Origin: Octopus sinensis
Lineage: Eukaryota
Assembly (NCBI RefSeq): GCF_006345805.1
Contig: NC_042999.1
Coordinates: 165,106,001-165,170,000, forward strand
DNA length: 64,000 nucleotides
Direction: 5' to 3'
Shown here: positions 40,645 to 54,980 of the stretch, piece by piece
Position numbering within the stretch: position 1 is the stretch's first letter
How the letters are laid out: each line of letters starts with the position of its first letter
The notes under the pieces: model-generated
Database searches by the model: none
The model's input: only the letters and a program-made list of their open reading frames with translations
Told to the model about the DNA's origin: nothing
Translations under genes and position numbers: made by a program

Positions 40645-41204
40645 GTATATACGTGCTGGTAAATATTCTTTTTCCTTTATTTCTTGCTATCACTGCATGA
40701 CTATTGCGTCCATTTTCTCTGTTTATTTATGGCCTGAAACCACCGTTTTGTTCTGTCTTTTTTATAGCTGCAAACATAGGCGGCATAAAAGCTAGATTGT
40801 GAGCTGGCCGATTTGAATTAATCATAGAAATGGCAGAGAATAGATTGTTGTCTGTGTAAGACTAGTGCAAGTATTTATAACAAGAATATAATCGAACTAA
40901 CGGCGAAACCTCTTACATGTTGTTCGACCTAGTAGATATAGCAACCAAAAACCTCAAACCAAACCCTACCCTCATTAACAAGAAAGGTTAAAAGATACTA
41001 CGTAACTTCATTGCTAAGAAAAACTCATTTCCATCGCCCGTCTGCCCAATCATAAAAAAAAGGGTTTAAACAACCATAGCAACGACACAAGTATTATCAA
41101 ACGAGGGAGATTTTTGATGTTGTTATAGATTAAAGTTAGTAGTTTCAAAAAAGGCCGTCATAATCCATGTATCCATACATGTCTAAAAACTCGCTCAGAC
41201 ACAC

Positions 41205-41266
<62 letters not shown>

Positions 41267-41304
41267 CATACACGTACACACATGCACGCACACACATACA
41301 TGCT

Positions 41305-41620
41305 GATGGCTAAGGGTGAATTAATTTCTTTGTCTTAACTTCAAATTCCACCAAGGTTAACCTTGTCATACCTTCGGAACTAACGAAATATATCAGTCAA
41401 CTAATGAAAGCGATTGTATCAACTTATCACAAACTCCACAAAAATAGCTGGCCTTGAGCCTAGATATGAAAGCATCTGAGTTCAAATTTCGTAGAGGTCG
41501 ACGTTGCTTTCGTCCATTCGGTATACTTGAAATAACTAGCAATTGAGAACTGGGGTAGATGTAATCGACTAACCCCTCCCTCAAAATTTCAGGCCTCGCC
41601 CCTATATTAGAAAGGATTAT
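41305..41620 (+). mobile_element. Decayed SINE family A copies
   Basis: GAGTTCAAATTTC..GGTCGAC and tail AATTTCAGGCCTCGCCCCTATATTAGAAAGGATTATT. Confidence 0.65.
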
Positions 41621-41633
41621 TATTATTATTATT

Positions 41634-41678
<45 letters not shown>

Positions 41679-41728
41679 GTTATTATAATTATCATCATTA
41701 TCATCATTATTGTTATTATTATTATTAT

Positions 41729-41765
<37 letters not shown>

Positions 41766-42379
41766 GCTGCTGCTATTATTATCGCCATAGCTGGAGGTGT
41801 GCTTTTGGAGCGCTGTAAGTTTATGACTAATTCATTTGTTTAAAAGGTTCTATCATCTCCTGTATTTTGCTGTTTAAATCGTTTTGCAAGCCAGCTGCCC
41901 GCCTGGTGGAGCTGACGTTTGTCAACCATTCTGTGAGAGATACAAACCTTTTTGTTTTCAAATTTCTCCGAAAATTTGCTTCGAAGAAAGTAAACATTGA
42001 AGATGGCGACAAAAAGCGGGAGTGCGAAAAGAAGATGGAACGGCAATTTGCACGAGGACCTACTCGTTCTCCCCACCATGATTGGTAGTAGGCATCAGAA
42101 GAAGAAGAAGAAGAAGAGAAGAAGAAGAAGAAGAAGAAGAAGAAGAAGAAGAAGAAGAAGAAGAAGAAGAAGAAGAAGAAGAAGAAAGAAGGAGTAAAAT
42201 CTTCCTCACTAAATGGAAATTGTAGTAGCACGAAGAACAACGTTGAAAGCAACTGTCGCGAAGAATCTAACAAAAATGGAAAGAGACTTTTGCAAATATC
42301 ACGGCAGCATAACATCTCATTGGAGAACATTTCATAGGAGAACAAAATAAAAAAAATAATAAACTAGGCAGCAAAATAT

Positions 42380-45013
42380 ATGAAAATGAATGGAAGGAGA
42401 GCAGAATTGACGCCTTCAAGCGATGTGTTTGAAGAAACAGTCAAACGGACAGTTGTCTACGGGTGCGGGAACACAAAGACAAAGAAACTCGGAAATTCTA
42501 AAGGCGACCAAGGTGGGAAAATGCCTGAAAGACATATGGCAGGATATCCACCACATTGCGAGAGCGAGGCAGTACGGCGATAGAGAAAACTAGAGTAGAG
42601 GGAGATATAGTTAGGAAATTAGAAGAGGCACTTAATAGAGGCATAGCTACCGATGGACTGGCAGCGAGATTGGTTCTGAACCAATTCTTCAACACCAAGC
42701 ATGAAGGTTGCACGTCAAGCATTGAGAAACTGGGTTAGCAAGCTACTCCATCAGTAGTTGGTGGGTGCAATCATCAACAACCGTCCAGCATATTCTAGAA
42801 GAATCCAAGCAGATGTCTACCACAACTGGCAACAGAACGAGAGAATACCCAGTGCTGTGAGCCCTGGTGTGGTGATGCTGCTGAGAAAGGACCCGAACAA
42901 GAGGGACCAATTCGATAATTTTAGACCCGTAACTTTGCTGAATGCAGATTATAAGAGTTTGGCCAAGGTGTTAGTAAAGAGGTTGGAGCTTGTCGTCGAT
43001 AAGCTGGTTGGTAACGCATAGATATGCGCTATCCCGAAAGGATCTATCCATGACAATCTCCACCTCACACGATGCATCATAAAGAGGGTAGGGAAGGAAC
43101 CTGGCATGGGTGGCGCCCTGATTTAATTTGGATCAATCAAAAGCTTTTGACAGGGTCGACCACCAGTACCTGGAGGCTGTCTTCGCAGCGGCCGGTTTCA
43201 GTCCCATTTTCAGAGGCTGAATGGTTGCAATGTACAGTGACATCTGTATAGTGGTCAAAATAAACAGCCACCTATCGGAATCATTTAGTATTGCACGTTC
43301 GGTCTGTCAAGAATGCCCACTCTCTCCCCTTCTGTACGTGCTGGGTCTCGAGCCATTACAAAGGAAGTTGGATATTTCGAGGGGCATCCCGCGTGTTCTA
43401 GGATGCGGAAGGTTCGTGTCAGCGTATGCGGACGACGTCACCGTGATAGTGGAGGACATCTCAGAAATCGAGATGGTCGGCACTATCCTAAGGGAGTACG
43501 AAGCGGTGACAGGAGCAAAAATTAATGAGGACAAGTCGGTGGGCCTGCAGCTTGGCTCCTGGAGAGGCAGGTCCATGCCAACCGACAGCGTTGTAGGGCG
43601 CTGCACGGAGGTACCGATTAAATGGCTCGGGATCTGGTTTGGTCCAGATATCCAAATGGACAAGAACTGGTGGGAGTTGTCGAGCAGTGTTGCCAATTTC
43701 ACCCAGAAATAGGCAGAGAAAAATCTGTCCCTCAAAGGTCGGGCGGAGGTGGCGAATACGTACATCGCTTCCGTCATCTACTACTGCCTAACCGTCGTCG
43801 CTTGCCCTGCTTCGTGACTGATCAAGGGGAGCGTTTGCTCTTCCGCTTTCTGCGGAAGGGACGTGTTCCGCTCGTCCGGCGGTCCGTCCGCTGTCAACAG
43901 CCGCTGAGTGGAGGGCTGGGCATACCGTGATTAATGATGCACAGACACACGCTGACTCTGCGACATCTCCAGCTCTTTCTTAACGATGAGCAGGGTGTGG
44001 TCGCTGTTTGTCACGCAGGATTTTCCGCAGCTCGTCTCATTGACGAAGCTACAGTCTTGGATCAAGCGTAGACCAAGAAAGGGCGCTTGGCACCTGGAGT
44101 GTCGGCAAATGCCCACAGCTCTCTGCCATTCGGTGGAAGTTCCACTGTGGAGTTCTATAGGGAATTAGGGGAGGGAGAGGACGACGACGCCCTCGAGGAA
44201 ACTCTAGGTTTCGTGAGGGATTAATTAACTGGTCTTTTCCGGAGGATTTTCGAGCTGGGACCTATAGATAACTTCGAGAAATCCCTGACCTGGCAATGCT
44301 ACCGGGGAGCTCTGCCGGTTCAAAACAAGTTCTACAGACACGGAAGTGCAGTCAAACGGACATGTCCGAGGTGTGTGCAGGGCAACGAACCTGTCCTGCA
44401 TGCAGTCGTCCAGTGTCCGCGCATTACTGACTTGAGTTTTATCAAACAGCTGTTGTCGCGTGTAGGACAGATCCGGTTATCAACCAACTCCATCGTGAAG
44501 GTCGCCCCGCGGCTCCCTTTGGCCGGGAAGGAAAGGTAGTTTTCCTCTGTCTGGCGGCTATAGCAAAGGATGTAGAGTAGTGGACGAGATTGAAAGGACT
44601 GAAGACAGATACTTTCCTCTTCAGCCAAGCCCCCATCGACTTTTTCAGGTTCCACTTGAAAAGGAAAGTGAGAGTAGAGAGGGAAGTTCTGCTCACCAGT
44701 AAATTTGTTAAAAGGTGGGTGGTGAGGATGGACCGTCTGAATGGGCCTACTCTGAACTTTCGTTTGTAAACAGGAAGAGAAGGAGAAAGGTACCTGCTGA
44801 GGTGCATTTGGTGGTCGGGGTAACCAGAATGTGTGAGGTACCTCGGTTGTCTCTGTGAGGAACTTATCCCTTTTGATATTATTATTATTGTCTGTTTCGT
44901 TAATTGATTTTGTTACTTGTTGTATATACGGCATTGTTCAACAACCCATTTGCCCCTTCTATTGTATTGTCCCTATTTCTTTTGTGTTCGGTCCTTGTAG
45001 CCAATAAAGAAAC
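42380..45013 (+). mobile_element. Decayed Tx1 (L1-clade) LINE with internal deletions
   Basis: FRPVTLLNADYKSLAKVL, DQSKAFDRVDH, QECPLSPLLY, catalytic AYADDVTV, C-terminal CPRC..HAVVQC, 3' end GCCAATAAAGAAAC. Confidence 0.92.
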
Positions 45014-45106
45014 ATTATTATTGTTGGTGTTGGTGGTGGTGGTGGTGCTGCTGCTGCTGGTGGGGGTGGTGGTGGTGGGGGGTGGCGGCGGTGGTGGCGG
45101 CGGTGG

Positions 45107-45132
<26 letters not shown>

Positions 45133-45137
<5 letters not shown>

Positions 45138-46135
45138 TTCCTTTCTGAAATCGTAGGGTCAATCTTTATTAGTAAAATCCCATAACACCTCATAATTAGT
45201 ATCAGTCATCACAGGCTCTGGCTCTTTTACGTCACTTTGAATCCACAAATTTGCTTAACAACACAATGCACTCTTTTACGGGACACGATCATGCCTGTTT
45301 CATAGTCTTTTTCTGCAAACTTACTGCACTCACTTTGAAGATGTTTAATACTTTCGTCCGCTTTTCGTCGCACTCTGCGTTTATAACTGAATTTTAATGG
45401 CTCGTTCGTGAATGGCTATAATTAAGGATTCAGTTTCTCATGTCATATTGATATCTATCAGACACGACTAGTGCTAACCATTTCTAGCAGACCCCCACCC
45501 CATAGAATTATTTGTCATTCTAGCTATTTGTTATCTCGTTCTTCGTTTTGTTCATGAATTCTTTCCCTGCTTCACTGACTTCTCCGATATTTCTGGTCGC
45601 AGACAGTATTCTTTCTTCACTACACACGATATTGTTTTCCAAACCAAACATCGCAGCACTAATGGTGGTCTTCTGCGTTTAACAAGCTCCTACATCCTTT
45701 CCGTTTCGGTAACTATAACATCTCGATATTTCTCTTAAGGTTCTGCGCTTGTGCATTGTGAGTAACCCCTTAGTCCTTCAATCCAATTCATGTAGCTCTG
45801 TAGAAAAGGAGCAAACAATATTCAGCATTAGCACGACCCATTGATTAACAGCCATGATGACCTTACCACCAGATAATTTACTTCAAGTATCTTCCTAAAC
45901 CTACGCTTCTAGTTTTTTTTTTACCTTCTCTCATTTCTCTTATCACCGTGCAGCACCTCAAGGTATTTATTCTTCGATCCCTTTTAGTAATCTAATATCA
46001 AACTGAAATATCTTTATATAATCAGAGTTAATCCATTTATTCGCTTGAAACTCGTGCCATTACGCTTCCTAAATATTCTTGGACAACAGAATCCAGATAA
46101 TTTTTGAGAAGATAGCAGATGATTTGTTTTTGGTT
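45133..46135 (-). mobile_element. Decayed R4/Dong LINE internal fragment
   Basis: Manual translation LLTMHK..LPKRKG, ESIKHLQSECSKFAEKDY, EVLWDFT..ISERKP; cut at the (CAC)n tract. Confidence 0.7.
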
Positions 46136-46194
46136 TTAGCAAGCACATAAACAAATGAGCTTTTTTTACAGTTCTTTTTTCAAGGGAATCAACG

Positions 46195-46897
46195 TGATCA
46201 AGTGTGGATACTGTTTGTCAGACAAGTTATTCCCAGTTTCCCCCTTTAGCAGAGTTGCAATCCTGGGTCAAGAAAAGGCTGAGAGAGGGTACTTGGCATC
46301 TGGAATTCGTCAGGCGCATACGGCCTTCACCGACTGGTCAACACTGTCAGTGGAAACTCCGCTTTTGTGTTCCATAGGGGATTAGTGGCAAGCCCGTGTG
46401 ATGACGCTTATAGGAAAACTCTGGGCGTCGACGAAAATCAACTGGTTGGTGTCCTCCGTTGGACTTTCACTTCAGGGCCCCTGGATAACCCCCAGAAATA
46501 TCTGAACTGGAAATATTACTTGGCGGGCATTGCCGTTTCCAGATAAACTCTATAGACATGGAGGTGACATCAGCTGCGACTACTCTAGTGACAAAAATAT
46601 TCTGCATGCACTCATCCAGTAACCGAGCACATGCGCTTTTAAATTGGAGTAGGACTGAATAGGCAGGAATCTTGCCAAGATTGGTCCGGGTAGCTGTACC
46701 TCTTGTGGAGTTTCCAGTAAACCTTCTGCGGTTTCTCTCCTTCGGGAGAATTTTCATTGTTTAGAATTTAATTGTAGCCTCATTGTATGAATTGTAAATC
46801 TCTGTACAAATGCAACCTACCATCTGTCTTTTCTGTTTTGCATCAGTGTCTTCTGTATATTTTATATAGGAGCCTTCTGGCCCAAAAGAAGGGATTA
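46195..46897 (+). mobile_element. Decayed Tx1 LINE 3' fragment
   Basis: LQSWVKKRLREGTWHLE and DKLYRHG align with the 62003-62860 protein; ends at GGATTATTATT. Confidence 0.75.
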
Positions 46898-46959
46898 TTA
46901 TTACTATTTCTTTTTATCTCAGTGTTTTGTTGGAATTCCTGAAGTCTCGCGTAGCGGGC

Positions 46960-47267
<308 letters not shown>

Positions 47268-47440
47268 AAGGTAGAGAGCTCTGGCAGAATCGTTAGCACG
47301 CCGTGCGAATGCTTTCGTTCGCCTTCACTTTTGCATTCAAATTCCGCTGATAACTTTAGATAACTTTACGTCAGGGTTCAAATCTTGTCATGATCGGCTT
47401 TCATGCTCCTGGGCGTTGATGGAATATACACTCGAGTTTA
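47268..47440 (+). mobile_element. Decayed SINE family A
   Basis: CTGGCAGAATCGTTAGCACGCCG head. Confidence 0.65.
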
Positions 47441-47905
47441 TAATCGATATGTACATTATGTGTGTGTGTGTGTGTGTTTGTGGACGCGCGTCCCTGCGTG
47501 CGTGAGTGTGTGTATCTTTTACTGTGTGCATGTTTAATGTACTCAAGTACACAACTCTATAAAATAGACGATGCCATACACTCCCACACACACTCACACA
47601 TACACACGGACGTCCATGCAATGTGGCAACTATTGATAAATGTTTCTGCTGCCAGCTTTCGTCAATTTCTCTGGTGTCACGTGCTTACTGGTGCCTGACT
47701 AAATCCTTCGTAATTAATGTTCTCTCAGAATCGGTGTGGTTTCCGTTCTGTCAATGATACAATGGAAATAATTTCACAAGACAAAATTGTATCCATTGGA
47801 GAAGTGGTATAGATTTTGTCTTGGAGATCAAATTAAAACATTCGATACTGTGAATAGGGTATCGCTGTGGATATTATCTCGATTATTTTGCAGCGATAAT
47901 GAAAT

Positions 47906-48745
47906 TACACTTTCTGACAAAATTTAATTTTTTTTCTTTGGTCGGTAAGCGTTATTTCGTATTTGCTTCTATCTAGAAATCAAAGGAAATGACTACTATT
48001 CCTATCAAACTTTGCTTCTGTCACCTGGACATCAATGTTTTCCAACAGACCAGCGCGGAATTGCTCAAGCATGAATATCGTTAAAGCAAATATTCTGCTC
48101 AATACCATGGATTTGCTTGTCAGTTGCTTGACCTTAACTACTTGAGCATATCCCTTAGTGGCTCACAATACGTGCATCTCTGATCATGAGCAGGAGTAGT
48201 GGAGGAGCATCATAGCCGTGTGTTGAGAGGAATTCTTTGAGATTTGAATGAAAGAAATGTAAAGTTTGAAGGAAATATAAGCCATTTATCATACTTTCTA
48301 GGATTGAGTGGAAGCACTCCGTCGGTTACGACGTTGATCCAACCAACGGAACAGCCTGCTCGTGAAATTAACGTGTAAGGGGCTGAGCACTCCACAGACA
48401 CGTGTACCCATAACGTAGTTCTCGGGGATATTCAGCGTGACACAGAGAGTGACAAGGCCGGCCCTTTGAAATACAGGTACAACAGAAACAGGAAGAAAGA
48501 ATGAGAGAAAGTTGTGGTGAAAGAGTACAGCAGGGGTCACCACCATCCCCTGCCGGAGCCTCGTGGAGCTTTAGGTGTTTTCGCTCAATAAACACTCACA
48601 ACGCCCGGTCTGGGAATCGAAACCGCGATCCTACGACCGCGAGTCCGCTGCCCTAACCACTGGGCCATTGCGCCTCCTTTCTAGGATTAGGCAAACAGGA
48701 AATAACTGTTGCTACCCAAGCACAAAATTCGGGTTACACAGTATT
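47906..48745. mobile_element. MITE-like element copy 2, interrupted by SINE C
   Basis: Colinear with 34136-34627 once 48306-48688 is removed. Confidence 0.75.
48306..48676 (-). mobile_element. Young full-length tRNA-derived SINE (family C) with 12-bp TSD
   Basis: Head GGCGCAATGGCCCAGTGGTTAGGGC..GGTTTCGATTCCC. Exact direct repeat CTTTCTAGGATT at 48294-48305 and 48677-48688. Confidence 0.92.
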
Positions 48746-49248
48746 ATTTTCCGTTGAGATGTGAATAAAGCGGCTCATTTTCCTGTAAAAATTTTGCCGA
48801 ACAGTCTGATATCCTCGCTCAAATATTTCCTAAATGTAACTCTCGTTATTCTTTTGACGTTGATTGTTCTTCAGTCACATATTTGAGATACAAATCCCGT
48901 GACCACCTCTTCAATTTGCAGCATTTTGCAGCTAATGCAAAAGTCTTCCAATTTATTGTTCTTGGTCGTTTTGCAAATGATTCAGACTTAGTAGCGCTTA
49001 CTGCTGAAAATAAATTCTTCCTAAATTTCTGCAACATGTAAAATATTTCGACTCAGAATTAGAATAGCAAGACTTTTGTAACGTTTCGACTTTCCCGTGG
49101 GAAGCTCAGGTGTGAAGTCATCTATTTTAGTTGAAAGAAGATACCTAAAACGATGGACATGTTTGCGTGGCAAGGCAGCACATTTAGCCGAACTTGCTAC
49201 TGGATGGTGAAAGAAGAAGAAGAAGATGAAGAAGAAGAAGAAGTAGTG

Positions 49249-49307
<59 letters not shown>

Positions 49308-49455
49308 TATACAAAAGCACTTTAACACTCACTACCAGCTTTTTAGTTTTGTATATATTTATTAAATTTTACAAAGTAGTTTCGAAGATTCAACACACAA
49401 GCTGAAATTTCGAAGTCACTGTCAACTTTCTGTCATAAAAACTAATATAATATAT

Positions 49456-49512
49456 AAGACTGCCTGACGAAGGCTGACAGGTCGGAACTTAAAAGAAACT
49501 GTCAGCAGTCTT
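49456..49512 (+). ncRNA. Degenerate hammerhead ribozyme
   Basis: 8-bp stem AAGACTGC/GCAGTCTT enclosing CTGACGA..GGAAC..GTC; the GAAA core is mutated. Confidence 0.5.
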
Positions 49513-49716
49513 GAAAACCTAAAATAAACGTAAAATTAACATCTACACTCTGAAAAAAGTATTGAGCAATTCTTCAGTTTAATGTTTAAAAAGTTGACAT
49601 AAAAATAATGTGTGTGCGTGTGTGTGTGTGGTGTGTGTGTGTGTGTGTGTGTGTGTGTGGAAAGGTTGGATTTTCCAGTCCTTCCGGCAAGTTCATAGTT
49701 CCCATATTATCGAGTC

Positions 49717-49748
<32 letters not shown>

Positions 49749-50049
49749 ATGACGTCTCGTTCTGCTTGACTAGCCACCTAACGAAACGATTGGTCAAAAC
49801 GTTGATGACGTCACGTTCCGCTGTACTGGCCACCTAACAGGTGATATAAAACCCAAACAATTCACAAGGTTCGCCAAAACTGTCCAGCGGACACCGACCA
49901 AAAGTCATCACAGTTACTCAAGGTAAAATCTAAAATGAATTCCTCGCTCTTTCAAGAACATCAATTTTTTATATTGACTGCACATCACCACTATGAACTA
50001 TTTCTTATATTGAATGCATATCACCACTATGAACCACTGCATCATACTC

Positions 50050-50269
50050 TATAAACATATAGCATGAACTCACTTCACTATATATGAACTTTTGATGTCT
50101 GACTCTATTGTATATTATATATGAATTTTTGATATTTGATAGCATGAACTATCTTTTTTATAAACATATAGCATGAACTCACTTCACTATATATGAACTT
50201 TTGATGTCTGACTCTATTGTATATTATATATGAATTTTTTATATTTGATAGCATGAACTATCTTTTTTA
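50050..50269. repeat. Near-perfect 110-bp tandem duplication
   Basis: TATAAACATATAGCATGAACTCAC..GAACTATCTTTTT occurs twice. Confidence 0.9.
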
Positions 50270-50280
50270 TATATAATTTT

Positions 50281-50325
50281 TTTTTGATAAGGTTCATCAT
50301 TTCAAGAACCGAAACATGTTAAATA
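50281..50325 (+). ncRNA. Degenerate minimal hammerhead ribozyme
   Basis: TTGATAA-GGTTC..GAACC-GAAAC-AT-GTT-AAA; stem II perfect, core mutated. Confidence 0.45.
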
Positions 50326-50431
50326 AATAATGTATATATAAAAATTAAAAATTTGTCTAATATAGCAGCATTTTCGAACTTCATTTTTTACAAATATATA
50401 CCCACTCGTATACGAGCTAATCTTATTATAA

Positions 50432-50483
<52 letters not shown>

Positions 50484-50544
50484 TATATATACATACATAC
50501 ATACACACATACATACACATATACGCGTGTGTGTGTGTTCTGTA

Positions 50545-50940
50545 TTTAACCATTTAAATTCTTCCTCCGAAAAAGGAGTTAGTTTCTAACAAAGATACAA
50601 AGATCCATTTTTGGAATACAGATAACGAAAACTATGTCATATTTTAAACCCGAGAAAAGTCTTGTATAGTTTTACTGTTCCACTTACAGAATGTATTTGT
50701 AATGTGCGAATCAGTTGTTGGTTGATTTCTTTTTCTGAAAAATCCAAGCTATCTAGACTGACAGTTAGGGGTTTACTTACGAAACCAACTGCTCCAATTA
50801 TTATTGGTATAAATGTAAATTTATAATTCGGACATAGAAGCTGCCGGTTTCGAAGCAGTTGTCCATAGCTATCTTCTTTCTCTTTGATTTTCAAACAGAT
50901 ATTCACATCAGCAGGACAGCTGACTTCTATGACAGAACAT
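50545..50940 (-). mobile_element. 3' fragment of RLE-type LINE
   Basis: IEVSCPADVNICLKIKEKEDSYGQLLRN..IPIIIGAVG. Confidence 0.82.
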
Positions 50941-51172
50941 TGTCAGTATGCATTTATACATGACGACTTTTTCCGCCTTATAAGGATTATATTGCCCGAT
51001 TTTTCTGACGTTTAAACGGTGAAAATATCACTTTCTTGTCTGTATTATACGATACACATTCGGCGCTTCTAAAGAAAACCAAATGTATGTCTGTTTATAT
51101 ACAAACGTGGTTATTACATATATATTTTCCCCGAATTTGTGCATATTTGTATAGAATTTTTCTATACAAATT

Positions 51173-52026
51173 CAGTTGAATTTTTCTCTTTTTTATTACT
51201 GTATTTAAAAAAAAATACAATGTTGACGTGTGTTAAACATTAAAATATATATACATTTTTTGTAATGTTCATAAAGTTCAATTAGTGCTTTCATTCGTTC
51301 GTAGTAATCATCAGATTTCAAAATGTATTTAAGTGACAGCTGAGTTCTTGACAACTGTAGTAAAATTACTGACTTCTTCCTTTTCATAACTTTTAGAAGG
51401 CTCCGCTAAGCTGAATTTTTCAAATACGGCTTTCACCAGTCAGCATGCTCAAGTTCCATTGAGCGAACATATAGAAACAAGTGGTCAAAAAATGTTTCTA
51501 ATTTTTCCTTTCCACAAGGTACATAACACAAGTTAGGTTGGAAGAAAGACAAAATAAAAACGTTTTATTAAAATGTTCAAACCTGTTCTGAAAAGAAATA
51601 GCAACAATCAGTTAATGATGTGGATTAAAAATTATCTTTAACATATGAATATAAGCAAATTACGGAAGACTCCCACCGATTGAAAAAAAACGACCGAAAT
51701 CAACTAAGTTTGCTCACTCGTAAAACCATTACGTGTAAACCGCAAGCTAATTGGTTAAAATAAAGGCGGGACCTATGCCAGTAATATCGGTGTGCCCTGC
51801 AAACCGTGACTTTTAAGCTGCATGCAGCTTGGTCAAAACTGTTTTTGGAGCCTTCTAAGAGGTATAAAAAGGAAGAAGTCAGTAATTGTACTACAGTTGT
51901 CAAGACTATGAACGTATGAAAGCGCTAACTGAACTTTATAAACATTACAAAATATTTTTAATGTTTAACACACTTCAATATTGTAATATTTTAAATAAAA
52001 TAATAAAAAAAGGAAAATCAGAACTG
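51173..52026. repeat. Long imperfect inverted repeats (foldback/MITE-like)
   Basis: About 51173-51403 is the reverse complement of about 51846-52026 apart from an indel of roughly 40 bp. Confidence 0.7.
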
Positions 52027-52033
52027 ATATATA

Positions 52034-52067
<34 letters not shown>

Positions 52068-52230
52068 CGTTTCAAAGGACAATACAAATATATAAGAAAA
52101 AAATTATAGTCATCGTAATTATAATTAAATTTATGCATTGTCATTCTCATCAGTGTGAAAAATTGTTTTAAGGACACACATATAATTGTTTATAGTATAT
52201 TTATACCAATAACGATATTTTGCAACCGTA

Positions 52231-52272
<42 letters not shown>

Positions 52273-52400
52273 CTTCCTGTCCGCCTTTGTATCGTCTATC
52301 TGTCCGAATGTTCTATTGTCCTCTATTGCGCTTTTGTTCCATTTTTATGTTTATATATACATATAGCGGCGTACGTACATACTTGTGCTCATTTTATGTT

Positions 52401-52442
<42 letters not shown>

Positions 52443-52443
<1 letters not shown>

Positions 52444-52648
52444 AAGTTAATCCAAACAAGAAAACAAAAAGACAACAACGCAAGGACGTGGAACAAATAA
52501 AGTATTATTGGACGCTCAGGAAAGAAGGGAAGAAGGAGGGTTTAACGTTTCGAGCGGAGCTCTTCGTCGGAAACATAGGAGAAGGAAAGTTCCCGAGAAG
52601 GGAAGACAGAGGAAAAAATCGCCAACGGTACACACGCGGTCACATTTC
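52443..52648 (-). mobile_element. Short Penelope-type terminal-repeat insertion with hammerhead
   Basis: Lies between TA/CATA tracts. Minus strand 52540-52574 reads GTTT-CCGACGA-A-GAGC-TCC-GCTC-GAAAC-GTT-AAAC. Confidence 0.65.
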
Positions 52649-52930
52649 CATGCATGCACGTATGTATGTATGTATGTATATTTGCATGTATGTATGTGTG
52701 TATGTATATATGTGTGTGTGTGTGTGTATGAAATCATTCGCTGCCACTTAACTACGCCTCTTTACTCTAGCACGAGGTTAAATATTGAATGACCTTGGTT
52801 TTTCGAATGAGGTTAATGGTACACAAGCACCAAGCGGTTATATAAACACACACACACACACACACACACATCACAAACATACACACACATGCACACACAC
52901 AACACAAACATACACACACACACACACCAC

Positions 52931-52970
<40 letters not shown>

Positions 52971-53544
52971 CATGGTATACATAAATACTTATCGCAGTAT
53001 ATTTAAAGTGTATATATATATATATATATATATGTATATACATATATACGTATATGTATACACACACATACACACTCACACACACATGCACGCGCGCGCA
53101 GTTACTAAATGGATTTCCGGAATCCGTGGTTCTAATGCTTTTCCGGATTACTGATTTTTCCGAACCAGGGGTGGTCACCTTTGATTAACGAAAAATTAAG
53201 TTTACTGAAATTATCAAATGAAATGCAGGAACTTGTACGTTAGTATAAGTGATCTAAATCTATTGACACTACACTGTGCAAGGTACTTGATTGGCCAATA
53301 TTCCGACGCACTATCCTGGCCGCCCCGACAGGTTTGGGGGTGTCCTCCAGTTCGACAAAACAAATTTCACCACATGCTTGCATTTGTTAAAAATTTCACC
53401 AGTATCCTATTTTTCAAATAGAACAAACCGTGTGCCCAGAGCACGCACGCACACACACGCTTGTATATGTAAATGTTTATCCACGAAACACCCGGTCTTT
53501 GAGTTCGTCTGTAATTTCTGCCAGTTAATAATAATAATATTTTC

Positions 53545-54165
53545 TACTTAAGGGCACAAGGCCTGAAATTTTGGGGGGATGCCTAGTCGATTATATCGAC
53601 CCCATTGTTTCACTGGTACATAATTTATCGACCACAAAAGGATGAAAGGCTAAGTCGACCGCGGCGGAATTTGAGCTCAGAACGTAGCGACGAGCGAAAT
53701 ACCGCAAAGCATTTGGCCTGACAGGCTAATGATTCTACCTGCTCGCCGCCTTAATAATGATACTAATGGTTCCAAATTTTGCCTCAAGGGCAGACATTTT
53801 GGGGGAGGGTATGCATCGATTACATCGATCCCAGTGTTCAACTGGTAGTTAAGTTATCGACCCCGAAAATATAAAAAGCAAAGTCGACCTCGGCGGAATT
53901 TGAACTCAGAACGTAAAGATAGATGAAATACCTATTTTTTTACTATCCACAAGGGGCTAAACACAGAGAGGATAAACAAGGACAGACAAACGGATTAAGT
54001 CAATTATATCGACCCCAGTGTGTAACTGGTACTTATTTAATCGAACCCGAAAAGATGAAAGGCAAAGTCGACCTTGGCGGAATTTGAACCCAGAACGTAA
54101 CGGCAGACGAAATACCACTAAGCATTTCGCCCGGCGTGCTAACGTTTCTGCCAGCTCGCCGCCTT
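53545..54165 (-). mobile_element. Tandem SINE family A copies including a Tx1-tailed composite
   Basis: Three cores and B boxes; junction AAATA|GGTATTTC at about 53932. Confidence 0.88.
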
Positions 54166-54448
<283 letters not shown>

Positions 54449-54818
54449 CGCTTTCTAATTGATGTATCAATACCGGCAGATGACAACGTGTCTCTAAAAG
54501 AAATGGAGAAACTCTCAAAATACAAAGACCTGGAAATAGAGATAACTAGAATGTGGAACCTGAAAACAGAAACAATTCCTATCATAGTAGGTGCATTAGG
54601 CATGATAAAAAAATATTCAGACAAATACATAACAAAAACACCAGGACTTACAAACACATATAACATACAGAAAATTGCACTACTAGGCACTGCACACATC
54701 CTACGCAGAACACTTTCCATACAATAACCATCAGAGCATCACAACAAATCACAGCACATACCCAAGGCACACAGTGAAGTAGTGAAGTGAAAGCACGCTA
54801 TAAAAATAAAACTACTGA
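54449..54818 (+). mobile_element. Young 5'-truncated Dong/R4 LINE inside (TAA)n
   Basis: Uninterrupted LIDVSIPADDNVSLKEMEKLSKYKDL..QKIALLGTAHILRRTLSIQ*; TAA repeats on both sides. Confidence 0.9.
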
Positions 54819-54837
54819 ATAATAATAATAATAATAA

Positions 54838-54980
54838 TCCTTTCTACTACAGGTACAAGGCCTGGAATTTGGAGGGAGGGGGATAGTCGATTACATCGAC
54901 CCTAGCGCGCAACTGGTACTTAGTTCACCGATCTCGAAAAGATGAAAGGCAAAGTCGACCTCGGCGGAATTTGAACTCAA
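54838..54980 (-). mobile_element. SINE family A 3' part
   Basis: Core plus tail. Confidence 0.8.

Noticed and set aside
41880-42190. RTE-like 3' end with (GAA)n tail
   Set aside because: Similarity too weak to call without a search.
48600-48676. tRNA gene
   Set aside because: The tRNA-like head continues into a SINE body bounded by a TSD, with no proper acceptor stem or terminator.
48780-49150. Penelope GIY-YIG remnant on the minus strand
   Set aside because: Only vague resemblance (INWKTFALA..DLYLK); no diagnostic motif is intact.
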